Source: the human T2T-CHM13v2.0 reference genome, Homo sapiens
Length of the DNA stretch: 64,000 nucleotides
Reading direction: 5' to 3' (one strand)
NCBI RefSeq assembly: GCF_009914755.1
Contig: NC_060935.1
The number at the start of each line of letters is the position of its first letter. The first letter of the stretch is position 1. Below the pieces are notes generated by a model. The model saw nothing but the letters and a program-made list of their open reading frames with translations. It had not been told where the DNA came from and made no database searches. Both the position numbers and the translations under genes were made by a program. This document shows positions 27,040 to 42,440 of the stretch, one piece after another.

Positions 27040-29069
27040 ATGAACAGAATAGCTACCCTGATACTGTGAATATAAGCAATCACTATAATTTGAGATGGAA
27101 TGAGGTTTAGCATGGAATGTATTTCTCAGCATTACTTTCTTTGATTTTTGTCTCTTAAAAACCTGTAAAGATTTGAGAACTGATCATAAAATAACTAATT
27201 GAATAAAACGACTTGAATTGTCATCTGTAGTGATTCTAGTGTAAATTATGGCATAAAATTAAAACTTCGGAATGAAAAAACCTGTTCTTCAAAAGTATGT
27301 TGTCTTATTTAATGACAACATGCAAATGAAAACAAATTTACATTTATTGCAATTTAAAATTTATTTCTTTGTTTTAACTAAGATATTAACTTTTATGCAA
27401 GGTTTCAATAGACCTTTCTATTAAATAATATACTGAAGAAGCCAAATTTCTTTATAGACCTGAAAGAGAGGCAGAGTAATCTACAGTAACATTATTTTGC
27501 CAATTCCCTAAAGCGGGTTTGTACCCTGACTCTGAGGGAACAAATATAACAGTCTATTATTTGCTTAAAATTGATGGAGGTGTCACAGCAGTGGTAGTGG
27601 GGCTGAATTTACAAAATGGACTCCTTCAGTTTATTCTAAATCCCCATTCTGTCCCTCCCTTGGATTCTTTAACCTATATAAAATTAATCATAGTATTTGA
27701 ATAGGGATAAGAAAAAGCATTAAACTTAAAGTTTCACATACTGTAGTAGTTTTAGAAGATTACTTACAGCTCTTTCAGAAACATTACTTAAGACTAGATG
27801 ACAAGAGACTATTAGTTTTAAGGTAAATTAGGTGCTCTGTCTTTAAGTTTGGCCCAGAAAAATATTTGTAGCCCTAGTTTCACTTCAGCTGCCAAAATGC
27901 AATAAAATATTTCGACTGCAGTTTGAGAAATTTGACAACCTCATATTAAATTCAAGAGTTAGCCTGTATTTAATATGTGTCAGTTTACTTCTGCATTGCA
28001 AAATACATGGCTAACCATGGTGTTTGACACTTGCTCATGCACTTTTTATCACAGGAGCATCACAAAATGATTTTTTATCTGCATTGAAATAAATGAGATT
28101 TTCTGTTAAACCAGTGCAGCAATTCAACAATCATTTAGTTCCTCACTGTGTGTTTTGCACATTACTTGGTGAAGTGAGAAGGTATTAAATGGACTAGAAG
28201 ATTAGGTTAGGTGTTACTGTAAAGAACCTTAAATTGTTGTTGAATTTGGACACATTTTAAGGAAATTTAAGTAGCTTCTCATTCATTTGAAGTATTGAAT
28301 CATAGGTGCCTACAAAATTGAATGACCAAGGTTCTCCACAGTTGCATTCCTAATTGCTGCAAAGCCTTACGTAAATGTTACTGATAGTGTTTTACTTTTA
28401 AAAATGATTTTGATTTGGGTAGATTTCCCATATTATCCACAGGCCTCTACATTTATAGTTCTGATTATATTTTCCTTTGTTTTTGTTTTTGTATTCTTTC
28501 TCCTCCACTGTGATAACCTAATGAAAGCATAATTTTTTTGTTTGCTTTTATATCCCTCACAGAATCCAGCAGTTTTCCTTAGGAAGAAGTAAATTAACAT
28601 GTGGTTATACAATTCATTTTGTATCGTATCTGCTGTTACGTATTCCCAGTTCTTCCTTTGTAATGTCTTACCTGTAACTTTGTTTCTGTCTTAATTGTCA
28701 TCATGAGAATAAGGTAGCGCAGGATTTTTAAAATTCTTTACTTCACTCAAGTACATACCTATGTATTTAAACTCTTTGCCCTGGTGTCTTTGGAGACTCT
28801 TGCTTGAAAACCATTGTAAATGCTGTATTCTTTAGATCTCATATTATCATAATGACTATTAAACATATATAGAACACACACTATGTGACGTGTTTGTTTT
28901 CTCATTGTTACTATTTAGATTTGGAGTAAACTTGTATTGTAATAACTTGGGAGTGAGTTTTATTTGTGGTTCATAAAATTTTTAACAAAACGATATGGAG
29001 GAAATTGTAGTTTAATGAATGTTGTGGTTTTTGAGATTAAATTTTAATAAGCCGGGGAAGTGCTATGTC

Positions 29070-29180
29070 ATATTAGGAAGGGTCATCTATTTCATCACAG
29101 TATTTCCTGCACCAGTGCCTGGTACATAGTTAACACGCCTTGAGTATTTGAAGGACTGACTGAGTGAATGAGTAACTGAG
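29070..29180 (+). mobile_element. L2 3' end
   Basis: 'cagtgcctggtacatag...tatttgaaggactgactgagtgaatgag'. Confidence 0.6.
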
Positions 29181-30107
29181 TACCATTACACATCGTTGGT
29201 AGAGTAATTAACTGGCTAGACTGGTGTGCAGCCATCAGGACTTTAGGTGGCTTGTTGGTTAAAAGCTTTCAGGTTGGCTTTAAAAGTATGGAAAACTTAA
29301 TTATTTTGAGAACCCTTTTATTACGTAATAGATGCTAATTGATGTCTTTTAAGTGGTTGTTGGGGCAAGGGACTCTTCCACTTTTGGGGTACCAGCTGTT
29401 TCAGCTCTTATATTTGAGAGTCAAAAGAAAAAGCAGTAGTAGGCACTAAGTGATGTGGACCTCATCATACATATCGCCAATTGTCTTTGGCATCTTCATA
29501 TGATTTCAGCTGCCAGTAAACAATTCATCTCTGGACTTATCTTACTGATTATTGGAAGTCAGCATTGGGATTACTTGTTTTATACTGAGATGCTTTTGGA
29601 GAAAAGGCAGTATAAAAGTGCATCTGTGCTAAGGAAATTCATTTTCTCCAATGAAGTAGAAGTCAGATTTCATGTTCCTCTGGGACCAAACAATAAAACC
29701 CTGTCTCCTTTCCAATTCCAATAAAGGTATTCAGGCATCGTAGACTTGATAACATGTGGTGAGTATAAGACGTTGATTACTATGAAGAGAGGAAGGTGGA
29801 AAAGATTAGACTGCCTTCACTGAGATCTACTGGCAGCATTAGCACCTACAGTGGGGATAAAGGCTGTCTCCTCTTAGTTTTCAGTAGTCAATCCCAGAGA
29901 GATGTGCTTTATGCCCTAGCAGTTCACAACTGCAAATTTCAAACTTTTTAGTTTTCCTACTTAGATTCTGCTATTTTATCCCTTGTCCTTTACTTATGCT
30001 GTTATGAATACCCTTTACTTAGCTTTTTCCTTGCTGAATTAACTCATGATTTAGTACATTAAGAGTTGTTTTATGTGTGGAACTGCCTATATAATCCTGG
30101 ACATATA

Positions 30108-30632
30108 CAGTTGACTCTTGAATAACATAGGTTTGAACTGTGAGAGTCCACTTAAATGTGGATTTTGTTTTTCAATAAAAGTAACCCCAAGTGTGCCTGC
30201 CTCTCCTGCCTCCCTTTGCACCTCCTCCACTTCTTCTGCCTCTGCTACCCTGAGACAGTAAGACCTGCCCTTCTTCTTCCTTCTGTTCAGCCTACTCAGT
30301 GTGAAGACAACCAGGATGAAGACCTTTATAATGATCCACTTCCACTTGATGAATAGTAAGTATATTTTCTCTTCCATATGACTTTCTTAATAACATTTTC
30401 TTTTCTCTAGCTTACTTTATTGTAAGACTGTGATATATAATACATGTAACAAAATATGTGTTAATCAACAGTTTATGTTATTGATAAGACTTCCAGTCAA
30501 CAGTAGGCTATTAGTGGTTAAGTTTTTGGAGAGTCAAAAGTTACATGTGGATTTTTGACTGCCTGCCTGGGGTGGTGGGAAGTGAGGGGAGAGTCAGCGC
30601 CCCTAATTCCTGTGTTGTTCAAGGGTCAGCTG
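30108..30632. mobile_element. Tigger2a/MER28-like non-autonomous TcMar transposon
   Basis: TIRs 'cagttgactcttgaataac' / 'gttgttcaagggtcagctg'; flanked by TA and TG (decayed TA TSD). Confidence 0.88.
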
Positions 30633-31139
30633 TGTATCTGTGGTTTCCAAAGTGAGGAGCAGGATGTTCCTTTGGGATGAAAGAATGAATTAGATTTTTC
30701 TATCTATACATTTATCTTGAGAGGAGAAAAGGTTTTCTCTTGTTTATTAGTTGAGTTAACACTGGCACTGTTGTGTCATGTCAAGTGGACGTTTGTTATT
30801 ATATACAATATGAGAAGTGTCCTGAGGAAGAGTGGGAGTTGGTGAAACAGAAGAGTTTGTATCAGTATCCTGACTTATTTATTGGGTTTCTGCATATTGC
30901 AGCATATTTTAATTTGTCTTGCGGCCTGGTTATCTTAAGCATCCAAATTTTGTGGTTATCTTTGATGTCATAAGAGCATACTTGAGGTAACTAAGTCTAA
31001 GATTAAGCAATATTTCTACCTCATGTACAATTTAAGACCCTTGGAACACTATTCACTTTTCCAATTTAAATGTTACTACATTCCGTATTTTGGTTTTATT
31101 TTTTAAAGTACTTCCAACATTAGTTGTTATCCTCTTCCT

Positions 31140-32090
31140 CGGATATCCTATTTCCTCGTCTTTTTTTTTGCCCCGTTTTAAAAATGGCATTTTGATTTTT
31201 AATATGGTATTTAAAAATACCATATTTTAGTAGTTATTTCAGTGAGAGTATGTTTTGTTTTTGTTTTGTCTGTCTGAAAATGTTTTTGTTTTGTCTGTCT
31301 GAAAATGTTTTTGTTTTGCTCTGAAATGTTGATTGGGTATGACAGTTATCTTTGTTAATCTGAAGGTATTATCCCATTGTCTTCTGGCATGTGCTATAGC
31401 TTGGACTAGTCTAATTGTCATTCTCCTGAAGTAATTTGAATTTCTGATTGCATTTAAAATTTTGTATACATAGTCACTGATTGGGATTCATATTTCCTGT
31501 GTCTGAGGATTCATCTCTTTCATCAGCACTGGAAAATTATCAAGTTTTTTTTTTTTCCCTTCACGACTTCAACTTGATATGTTTCCTTTGATTTTGTTGA
31601 TGTTGTATAATCTCTTTTTCATATTTTTATTCCTTTATCTGTGCTTTCTTCTGTTTAATTGCTCAGATTCATCTTCTAGTTCATCTCTGATGTCTTTTTC
31701 TGTATCTGATTTATGGTTTTAACCCAAGCATTGGTGTTTAAATTTCACTGCCCATTTTTCATTGCAATAAGTTATATTTGGTTCTTTTTCTAATCTGCTC
31801 TTAAAAAAAAGTAGTATCTCATTTTTGTGATGTTGATTTATTCTCTTATATCTTTAGTAAATGTTAAACTTAGTTATTTTGTAGTATCCGTCACATAATT
31901 CTATTATCTAAATGTCTTGGAAATATAAACTCTTGTGTTTTGTGTGTGTTGATTTTCACAATGATAGGTTGTTTCCATTTTTTTGTATAATTTTGTATTA
32001 TGAACTCATCCTTAGGCTGCTTCCCACCGTGGGAATTTTGTGTGGTCTAGTTTGAAAACATGTCCCTCCAGGTCCTATTTTATATTTGCT
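31140..32090 (-). mobile_element. Old L1ME-like fragment (ORF1 side)
   Basis: 'ttgattgggtatgacag...gaaggtattatcccattgtcttctggc', 'tttcactgcccatttttcattgcaataagttatatttggttc'. Confidence 0.65.
31256..31318. repeat. 25-bp tandem repeat x2.5 (TGTTTTTGTTTTGTCTGTCTGAAAA)
   Basis: Exact copies at 31256-31280 and 31281-31305, plus a partial third copy. Confidence 0.92.
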
Positions 32091-32091
32091 T

Positions 32092-32481
32092 ACTCTTTTT
32101 AGTCTCAATAACCCTGTAAACTCTCAAATTATTGAGGGGCTCCAAAGAGCTTTTGTTTCTGTGGGTTATACCTATTGATATTTACTGTATCAGACATTAA
32201 CACTGAGATATTTATTCAATACTTGTTAATTTAAAATAATAAACTCATAACATGCTAACATAAAATAGTTAATGAAAAATAACTGTCTCAAAATAAAAAA
32301 AATTTAGTGAGAAAGTGACAGCATTAGTTTTGCAAATCTCTTTAACATCTGGCTGAAGAGTTGAATACAGCAGGATTCTAATAAAAGCTTCAGAGTTCAA
32401 TCTGTTGCAACATGTTTCTTTGAAAGGTGTTAAGAAAATCTGGCCTCACACAGATTGGTAGTGGGAAAAGGAGGAGTGTTT
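32092..32481. mobile_element. hAT-Charlie-type DNA transposon fragment (apparent continuation at ~34410-34530 and ~35265-35385)
   Basis: 'aaattattgaggggctccaaagagcttttgtttctgtgggttatacctattgatatttac'. Confidence 0.6.
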
Positions 32482-32708
32482 TTATTTATTTATTCATTCA
32501 TTCATTTTAATTTTTGTGGGTACGTAGGTGCATATATTTGTGGGGTACATGAGATGTTTTGATACAGGCATGTAATGTGAATTTAACACATTATGGAGAA
32601 TGGGCTATCTAGCCCCTGAAGCATTTATTTATCCTTTGAGTTACAGACAATTTGATTATGTTCTTTAAGTTATCTAAAAATAAACAATTACTATTCACTA
32701 TAGTCACC

Positions 32709-32826
32709 CTATTATGCTATCAAATAGTAGGTCTTATTCATTCTTTCTAACCACTTTTTTTTTGTACTATTATGCTATCAAATAGTAGGTCTTATTCATT
32801 CTTTCTAACCACTTTTTTTTTGTACT
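32709..32826. repeat. Perfect 58-bp tandem duplication
   Basis: CTATTATGC...TTTGTA repeated exactly, including the T9 run. Confidence 0.96.
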
Positions 32827-33623
32827 CATTAACCATCCCCCCTCCCCCCTCCCCCCTGCACCAACCCCCACTACCCTTCCCAACCTCTGGTAACCATCCT
32901 ACTCTCTCTGTCCATGAGTTCAATTGTTTTGATTTTTAGATCCTACTAATAAGTGAGAATATGAAATGTTTGTCTTTCTGTGCCTGGCTTATTTCACTTA
33001 ACATAATGTTCTTCCAGTTCCATCCATGTTGTGGCAAATGACTGGATCTCATTCTTTTTTATGGTTCACTAGTACTCCATTGTGCATATGTACCTCATTT
33101 TTTTTTTTAATCCATTCATCTGTTGATGGACACTTAGGTTGCTTCCAGTGTTGCAACAAACATTGGGAGTGCAGATGTCTCTGATATATTTCCTTTCCTT
33201 GGGGTATATACCCAACAGTGGGATTGCTGGATCATATGGTAGCTCTGTTTTTAGTTTTTTTTTGTGGAGTTTCCAAAGTGTTGTCCAGAGTGGTTGTGCT
33301 AATTTACATTCCCACCAACAGTGTATGAGGGTTCCCTTTTCTCCACGTCCTCACCAGCATTTGTTATTGCCTGTTGTTTGGATAAAAGCCATTTTAACTG
33401 GGGTGAGATGATAACCTCATTGTAGTTTTGATTTGTATTTCTCTGATGATTAGTGATGTTGAGCACCTTTTCATATGCCTGTTTGCCATTTGAATGTCTT
33501 CTTTTGAGAAATATCTATTCAACTCTTTTGCTCATATTTTGATCAGATTATTAGATTTTTTTCCTATAGAGTTCTTTCAGCTCCGTCTATATTCTGGTTA
33601 TTAATCCTTTGTCAGATGGGTAG

Positions 33624-33954
<331 letters not shown>

Positions 33955-33981
33955 CTGTGCAGAAGCTTTTTAACTTGATGG

Positions 33982-34320
33982 AGGGTTATGAGAAGGAGAC
34001 TTGGTTCTGGATTAGATGTTGTGGGGTCAGTGGGATGGTCTCTTATTGTTTATCTAAATGAGTGTTGTATTTCAGGAGAAAGGAATAAATGGAGGCTATA
34101 GCTTTAATTGGTAAAGAAGTTGTAGTCGTTCTTGTTAGCAAGGAAAGGTAGATATTTGGTTATTTTTGTTTTTTGGACAATGTTGATATGTTTGCTTGTT
34201 TTTGTCTTGATCCATCATGGTCAGTAGTCTTGTCTGATGTTGATGTTCTTCTAACAGGAGGACATCAAGTCTTTGCTGTGAGGGTCAGGTCTTAGCAACA
34301 TCAGGGCTCTGCTAACGGTA
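33982..34320. mobile_element. LTR fragment, probably ERVL class
   Basis: 'atcatggtcag...ttgtctgatgttgatgttct...aacaggaggacatcaag' resembles old LTR consensus; family uncertain. Confidence 0.4.
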
Positions 34321-34532
34321 CTGGTTTTGTAGCTTTTAGGCTGTTTTTAGCTTGTAGTTTGTCCATTGTTCTTGCATGTAAAGATGGTGCCCATGCAAAA
34401 AGGTTGTAGTTGATCTTGTGACTCAACCTCACAAGTGTTTTTCCTCAAGGTAACTATTAAACTTCACTATGCAGCAGAAGTGCTTTATGCGTAGTTGTCA
34501 CGTGGTCACACAAAATATTAAAAAGACTAGTC

Positions 34533-34990
34533 GTGAGATGAATAATGTCTCCTGCAAGAGATACACCCATGACCTAATTATCACAACCTACGAATATTAC
34601 CTTAATTGGAAAAAGGGTCATTGCAGATATAATTAAAAATCTTGAGATAAGGAGATAATTTTGGATTAGATTAGGCAGGCTCTAAACCTAATGACAAGTG
34701 TCATGATGGGAGAGAGACACACAGGGAAGACAGAGACAGAAGGGGAGAAGACGCAGAAGAAGAGGAGGAGGCAGTGTGATCATGGTGGCAGAGATTGAAG
34801 TGATGTGGCTACAAACCAAGGAATGTCTGGAGCCACCAAAAGCTGAAAGAGGGAAAGAATTGGTTCTCCCCTAGTAGCCATTGGCAAGGACTGTGGCTTT
34901 GTTAGCAACACTTGGATTTTGGGCTTCTGGCTTCTAGAACTTAAAATAAATGCCGTCGAAAGGCCATGAAGTTTGTGGGAATTTGCAGCC
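34533..34990 (+). mobile_element. MLT1B/C-like MaLR LTR (3' end clipped)
   Basis: 'ggaaaaagggtcattgcagatataattaa', 'ggcagagattgaagtgatgtggctacaaaccaaggaatg'. Confidence 0.85.
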
Positions 34991-35255
34991 TACCGGTCTG
35001 TGGCCTGTTAGGAACCAGGCCACACAGCAGAAGGTGAGCGGCCAGGCGGGTGAGCGGGCATTACCGCCTGAGCTCCGTCTCTTGTCATATCAGCAGCGGC
35101 ATTAGATTCTCATAGGCGCTCGATCCCTATTGTGAACTGCACATGTGAGGGATCTAGGTTGCACATCCTTATGAGAATCTGACCATCCCCTGTCAGTGGA
35201 AAAATTGTCTTCCACAAGAATAGTCCCTCGTGCCAAAAAGGTTGGGCATTGTTGG
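34991..35255 (+). mobile_element. MER1B (hAT-Charlie), 5' TIR missing
   Basis: 'ctgtggcctgttaggaaccaggccacacagcag...gcattagattctcatagg...gtgccaaaaaggttggg'. Confidence 0.9.
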
Positions 35256-38099
35256 TAAGGTACCAGTAGTTTAACCCACGATTGCTTTTGTATCATAACT
35301 GAAAATGTCAGTATGGTAAAATTTCGGTATTATAGTGAACATAGTTTTGACCATGCAGACTTCTGGAAAGGGTATTTGAAGAACCTGAATAGAAAGTGAA
35401 GAACTTTCTTCTTTGAGACTCTGGAGTACAGGATATAGTAACTACTTTCTCACTGCCAACTCAGATATAAAATGTAGCAGAGTTCCTTTTATTAATACAT
35501 ATGATATTTGTTGAATTAGAGCTTGTTACTTATTGTTATGAACTTACGATACTGGCATAAGTGAGGAGTAAGAATGGTTTCTCTCATCATTCGAGTGAAA
35601 TCTACATGTAAGAGTAAATCTTTTAAGTGACAGAAAGCAAACTCAACCCTAACTTTGTTTTCTGCTTACTTAGACAATTGGCTATTGATTTTAGAGATTT
35701 ACCTGTCAAGGTAGCTGCACTTACTGTTGATGTCTTGTCTTTTGGTGAAGTCTCCCTATCTACCTGTGTTCTTTAACTGCCATGGTTCTCTCTTGGAAAT
35801 AATAAATTTTTTTATTTATTGTTCTATTCTTCTACCAAATGATGTCTAGGAGATCCATGAGCCTTTTCTCTCCCTTTTCTGCTTCCAACTGTGTGTACAG
35901 ATGTGTGCACATGCACACATACTCAAATGCATAAATGCACTTTTCACTTAGTTATCTAGTTGTCAGCTCTTCCTGGAATCTGATTCTATCATTGCACAAC
36001 TGTATTGATAAATATTGATTTCCACAGATACTTAAGGGTTGGCATTAGTCTATTTACAGCCAAATTGAGGACAAAATATAGTAAGGGCATTTAATTTGCA
36101 TCTTAGAGTTCCCTATAAAAAGGAACATAAAACTTACTAATGTTTTAAAAAAACTCATTTAATTGCTTTGGAGTGTACCATAGTGCTGAGAAGGGAGACC
36201 CAGCCCTTGAACTGCTAGTAGGAGGGTGAATATCGGGCCCAGAGAAGCATAAAAGAAGATGTCTTGCTTGTATTAGATGAGATAGGAAGTACTGGTTCCC
36301 AGAGACACAAAGAATGGTGAGCTAGAGAGTGTGTCATAGCTTCAAGGCTGCATACATGAAATCACTTGGTGACTAGAGCAAAGTGCTCTTATGACAAACT
36401 TCAACAAAAAAAGCAAATTATTCCTAAGCTAGTACTGTGTAAGCAGTGGACAACCAGAAAGAGAAATCAGGCTTGTTGTCTTACTTGTTACCAGTAGGAA
36501 ATGTGGAATAACTGAATTGTTGCTGTATTCTGTATATAATAAGGAAATACGTTTTGCCTTGGTTTATTGTACCTTGGGAAGTGAGAATCATTTGTTCATT
36601 GGCCGTGTGACTAGGCTGGCATCTTGTGGGCATTGCCCTTTGCAGGCACTTAGGTTGCAATTTTCTTTACACTGCTGAGTTGTTTACCATTGTTCGTCCT
36701 TTTAACACAGTATACCATTTTGTTAACATCTGTTTGCTGTTATCTTTTTGTCCTTGGAGGCTTATGCTTAAATTATTTCTTGCATGTTTTAAAATTTATC
36801 GCTTGCTGGAGGAAGCAGAGTTGGGTATACTCAATACATTATTTTTAGCTGGAAATATCTGCCTTGATTTAGCCCTTGGTTTTGAAACATACCTGAGGTA
36901 TTGTTTTTTTTTCCTTGCAATTCCTGGAATCTGTACTTGATTACGTTAGAGAACATTGTTTGGCATTTCTTTTATCCCCTCCAAACTATAGGGTTAAAAG
37001 GGATAAAAACCTTTTAACCCTATAGTCTTTCTTATGCTGTATTCTGTGTTTTCTCCAGCCAAGAAGACTTTTCAGCTGTATTTTTTATAGTTTGTATGAT
37101 GGAGAAATATAGGCTGTTAAATATGCTGTTTCATACCATTCTCCGGTATGCTTTGAGGATGGATTTGGGCACACATGCAGCCTCTCTCCTCTCCAGTGAA
37201 AATCACATACTGCTCATTGTTAAGAGATTCCTGTCTCTGCCCTTATTGAGCTTCTAACTTGCTGGAACAAGAAGACATATCAATTTATATGACTGGGTGG
37301 CCGGCAGCATATTGACCTTTGGTAATTTGTAACAACTTTTCTTACCAGTCTGTGCACTTGTTGAAAGGAAACACTACCAACTAGGTCTATGAGTGACAGA
37401 GACCACGGTGAAACGTTTTCAAAACCTATTCAGAATTATACATTTGCCTATTTAAATGGTTGGTATTGCCAAATGCATCCTATTCTGAAAGAAGTGAAAT
37501 AAATGTGAAAGCTGTCTTTAGCTCATTAGTGAAATGAAGGAAACATTGTGAATATCAGGATGACTTGTCATGGGAAATTAAATTGAATTGAAAAAATGTT
37601 AATCTCAAATAGATTTTGCTCTGCATACTGACTTTTTAAATGTGTCAGGTTTACATTGACAGAAAGATCTATGAAGACTTTGACCTTCACAAGGAAACAC
37701 ACAGTTATTTGACAATTGAGTGAATGTATTAAAAAAAAATGAGTGATATACCCGTCTGTTCAATTTGGGAGTTGGTGATGAGCTAACTGAAAAGAGTGGA
37801 AAGGAAGAATTTATGCTAAGCCTTGGTATCTGAGTCAAGTTATGGAGACCTATGTGTCTGTTTGATTAATTGCATCATCTCAAAGCAATGCCTAACTATG
37901 CTGGTTAGCTCAGGTAGCATGTGAGAACAGGGAATGCATTGACTTTCTCACTTTGCTTCCTAAATACTATTTAAAATTTAGATATAGCTATGATATTAAA
38001 AAATGTGACTTCAGATACTTATTCTCTATTTTTGTTTTTGTTACTTTCTCAATATAAATCTGCATATTTTTAGTTTTAGTACAATAAGTTAAATTTTTC

Positions 38100-38866
38100 T
38101 TTTTTACATTTTGAGGCATACTTTACATGCAATATAGCCACATATTTTAAGCAAGACCCTGTGCCCTTTCCAGCCCCATGTCCTTCTACGTGACTATTAT
38201 TTCATTTACCATGGCTTAGCTTTGCCTGTTTAATAACTTCGTATAATCGTACAGCATGTATTATTTTTATGTGTGGTTTTTTTAGTTCAACACAGTGTTT
38301 AAAAAATTCATTATGTTGGACGTATCAGTAGGTACTTCATTTTTGATGCTGTGTTGTATCTTGTTGTTTGAATATACAGCAATATGTTTAGCTGTTCACT
38401 TGTATATGGACATTTGGGTTATTTCCATATCTGTTGTGGTTTCACCCTTAGTTTTGAGAAACACTCTTCAGTCCTGGAACCTTTCTGGGATTTCAGTGGA
38501 AAATCCAAAGTGCCATCAAAGCTCTTCTAATTTGGTGGAACTCAGACTCCAAACTTTGTCTTCCTTTCAGCGAGGGTCAGCTAAAATCTCTTTTCTGTTC
38601 TTTCTTCGAACTGTTATTTCTATCTGAGCTCCTTGGAGTTTTGCCACTTGCACGTGCATTTCAGCTGTCAGCCAAGAATTTGTGGAGGATTATACAGATA
38701 TCTGAGGTACCCTTTCTGTGGCTCACTCTGTTTTGGGATTCTTAATTTCTAGATTTTCTGGGCCTGTGGTGCATGTTCTGACTCCTTAGACTAATAGATA
38801 GTGGCTTTCTGTTTCAGTGCTAGCAGTCCAAGCCAAGTAGAATGGCAGTGACCTCAGGGAAAAAGT
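38100..38866 (-). mobile_element. Old L1ME-like fragments
   Basis: 'ttagctttgcctgtttaataacttc...acagcatgta', 'tggacatttgggttatttcca'. Confidence 0.6.
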
Positions 38867-39448
38867 GGGTACAGTACATAGAATTCCAAGAACGGCCCCT
38901 CGAGATTCCATATCCTAATCTTTGGCACCAATAAATATAATATTATTCCCATGAGTATGTTAAATTATTAGTTGACATTAAGATGGGGGATTATTTTGGT
39001 GGGCCCAATACTCACGTGAGATCCTTTAAAAACTCCGAGGGTTTTCTGTGGCTGGTGGCAGAAGAGGAGCTCAAATTTGAGGCATAAGGAAGATTTGGCA
39101 TGTTGTTGCTGGGTTATAGATGGAGACTTTGTGAGAAGGTGGTCTAAAGAAACTGAGAGAAGTCCCTGGCTGACAGCCAGCAAGAAAATGGGGACTTCAG
39201 TCCTACAACCGGAAAGGAAGTAAATTTTGCCAACAACCTGAATGAGCTTGGAAGTCAAGTTTTCTCCAGAGCTTCCAGGTGGGGACTTGGCCCAGCTGAC
39301 ATTTTGATTTCAGACTTGTGATAACCCTGAGCACAGAACTTGGCCATGCTGTGCCAGCTTTCTGACTTATGGAATTGTGAGTGAATAAGTGGATATTAAG
39401 TGGCCAGGTTTGTGGTAATTTGTTATGCAGCAACAGAAAACTAACACA
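38867..39448 (+). mobile_element. MLT1E-like MaLR LTR
   Basis: 'ctgacagccagcaagaaaatggggacttcagtcctacaacc...gccaacaacctgaatgagcttggaag'; ends 'gcaacagaaaactaacaca'. Confidence 0.87.
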
Positions 39449-39658
39449 ACAGGGATTTCCTGCAGCATGATTTCCTTCTTTCCTAAGGCTGTCCTTCAGT
39501 TTCTGCCTGATTTTGCTTATTCTGTAGTCCTTCAAATAGTAGATTTATATATTCTTTGTTGGATTTGTAATTGTTGCTATGAGAATGTTTGATATAAATT
39601 ATCCTGCCATTACTGGAGCTAGAACTCAGTCTCCACGTAATTTGAGGGTTCTTTTTTC

Positions 39659-42046
<2,388 letters not shown>

Positions 42047-42269
42047 TAAAATTATTTACATGGGCTTCATGTTAGTTGCATAACATTTCATTGTTTTGGA
42101 GTACCATTTTCCTAATCTTAGCTGTTGGGTTGTTTCTGAATTTCGCTGCAAAAAAGTTGCAGAGAGATCCTTGAGAGTCTGTTTTTTGGCTCTGTTGTTT
42201 TATTTACTTGGAGGTAAACTGGAGCAAAATTCCTGGGTTAAAGGGATTAGAGGAAATAACAAAACCTTT

Positions 42270-42440
42270 GGAGTGAGATGAGTTAGTATTTTACCTTCCG
42301 TTATGCTACTTAACTGTCCGTGAGACTGTGGCAAGTTAACCTATTTTAGCCTCATTTTCTCCTTATGGGAAAGGATAAGAAAATCTATCCTTAATGGTTG
42401 ATCAAGGATTAAACTATAAAGTTTTTAGAAAGCATTGGCA
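42270..42440 (+). mobile_element. MIR fragment
   Basis: 'tttggagtgaga...gctacttaactg...gtgagactgtggcaagttaacc...agcctcattttctcc'. Confidence 0.6.

Noticed and set aside
30087-30377. Acidic/charged 96-aa ORF
   Set aside because: Lies within the non-autonomous Tigger2a-like element
31256-31318. Direct repeats as a CRISPR-like array
   Set aside because: Adjacent tandem copies without spacers, in primate DNA
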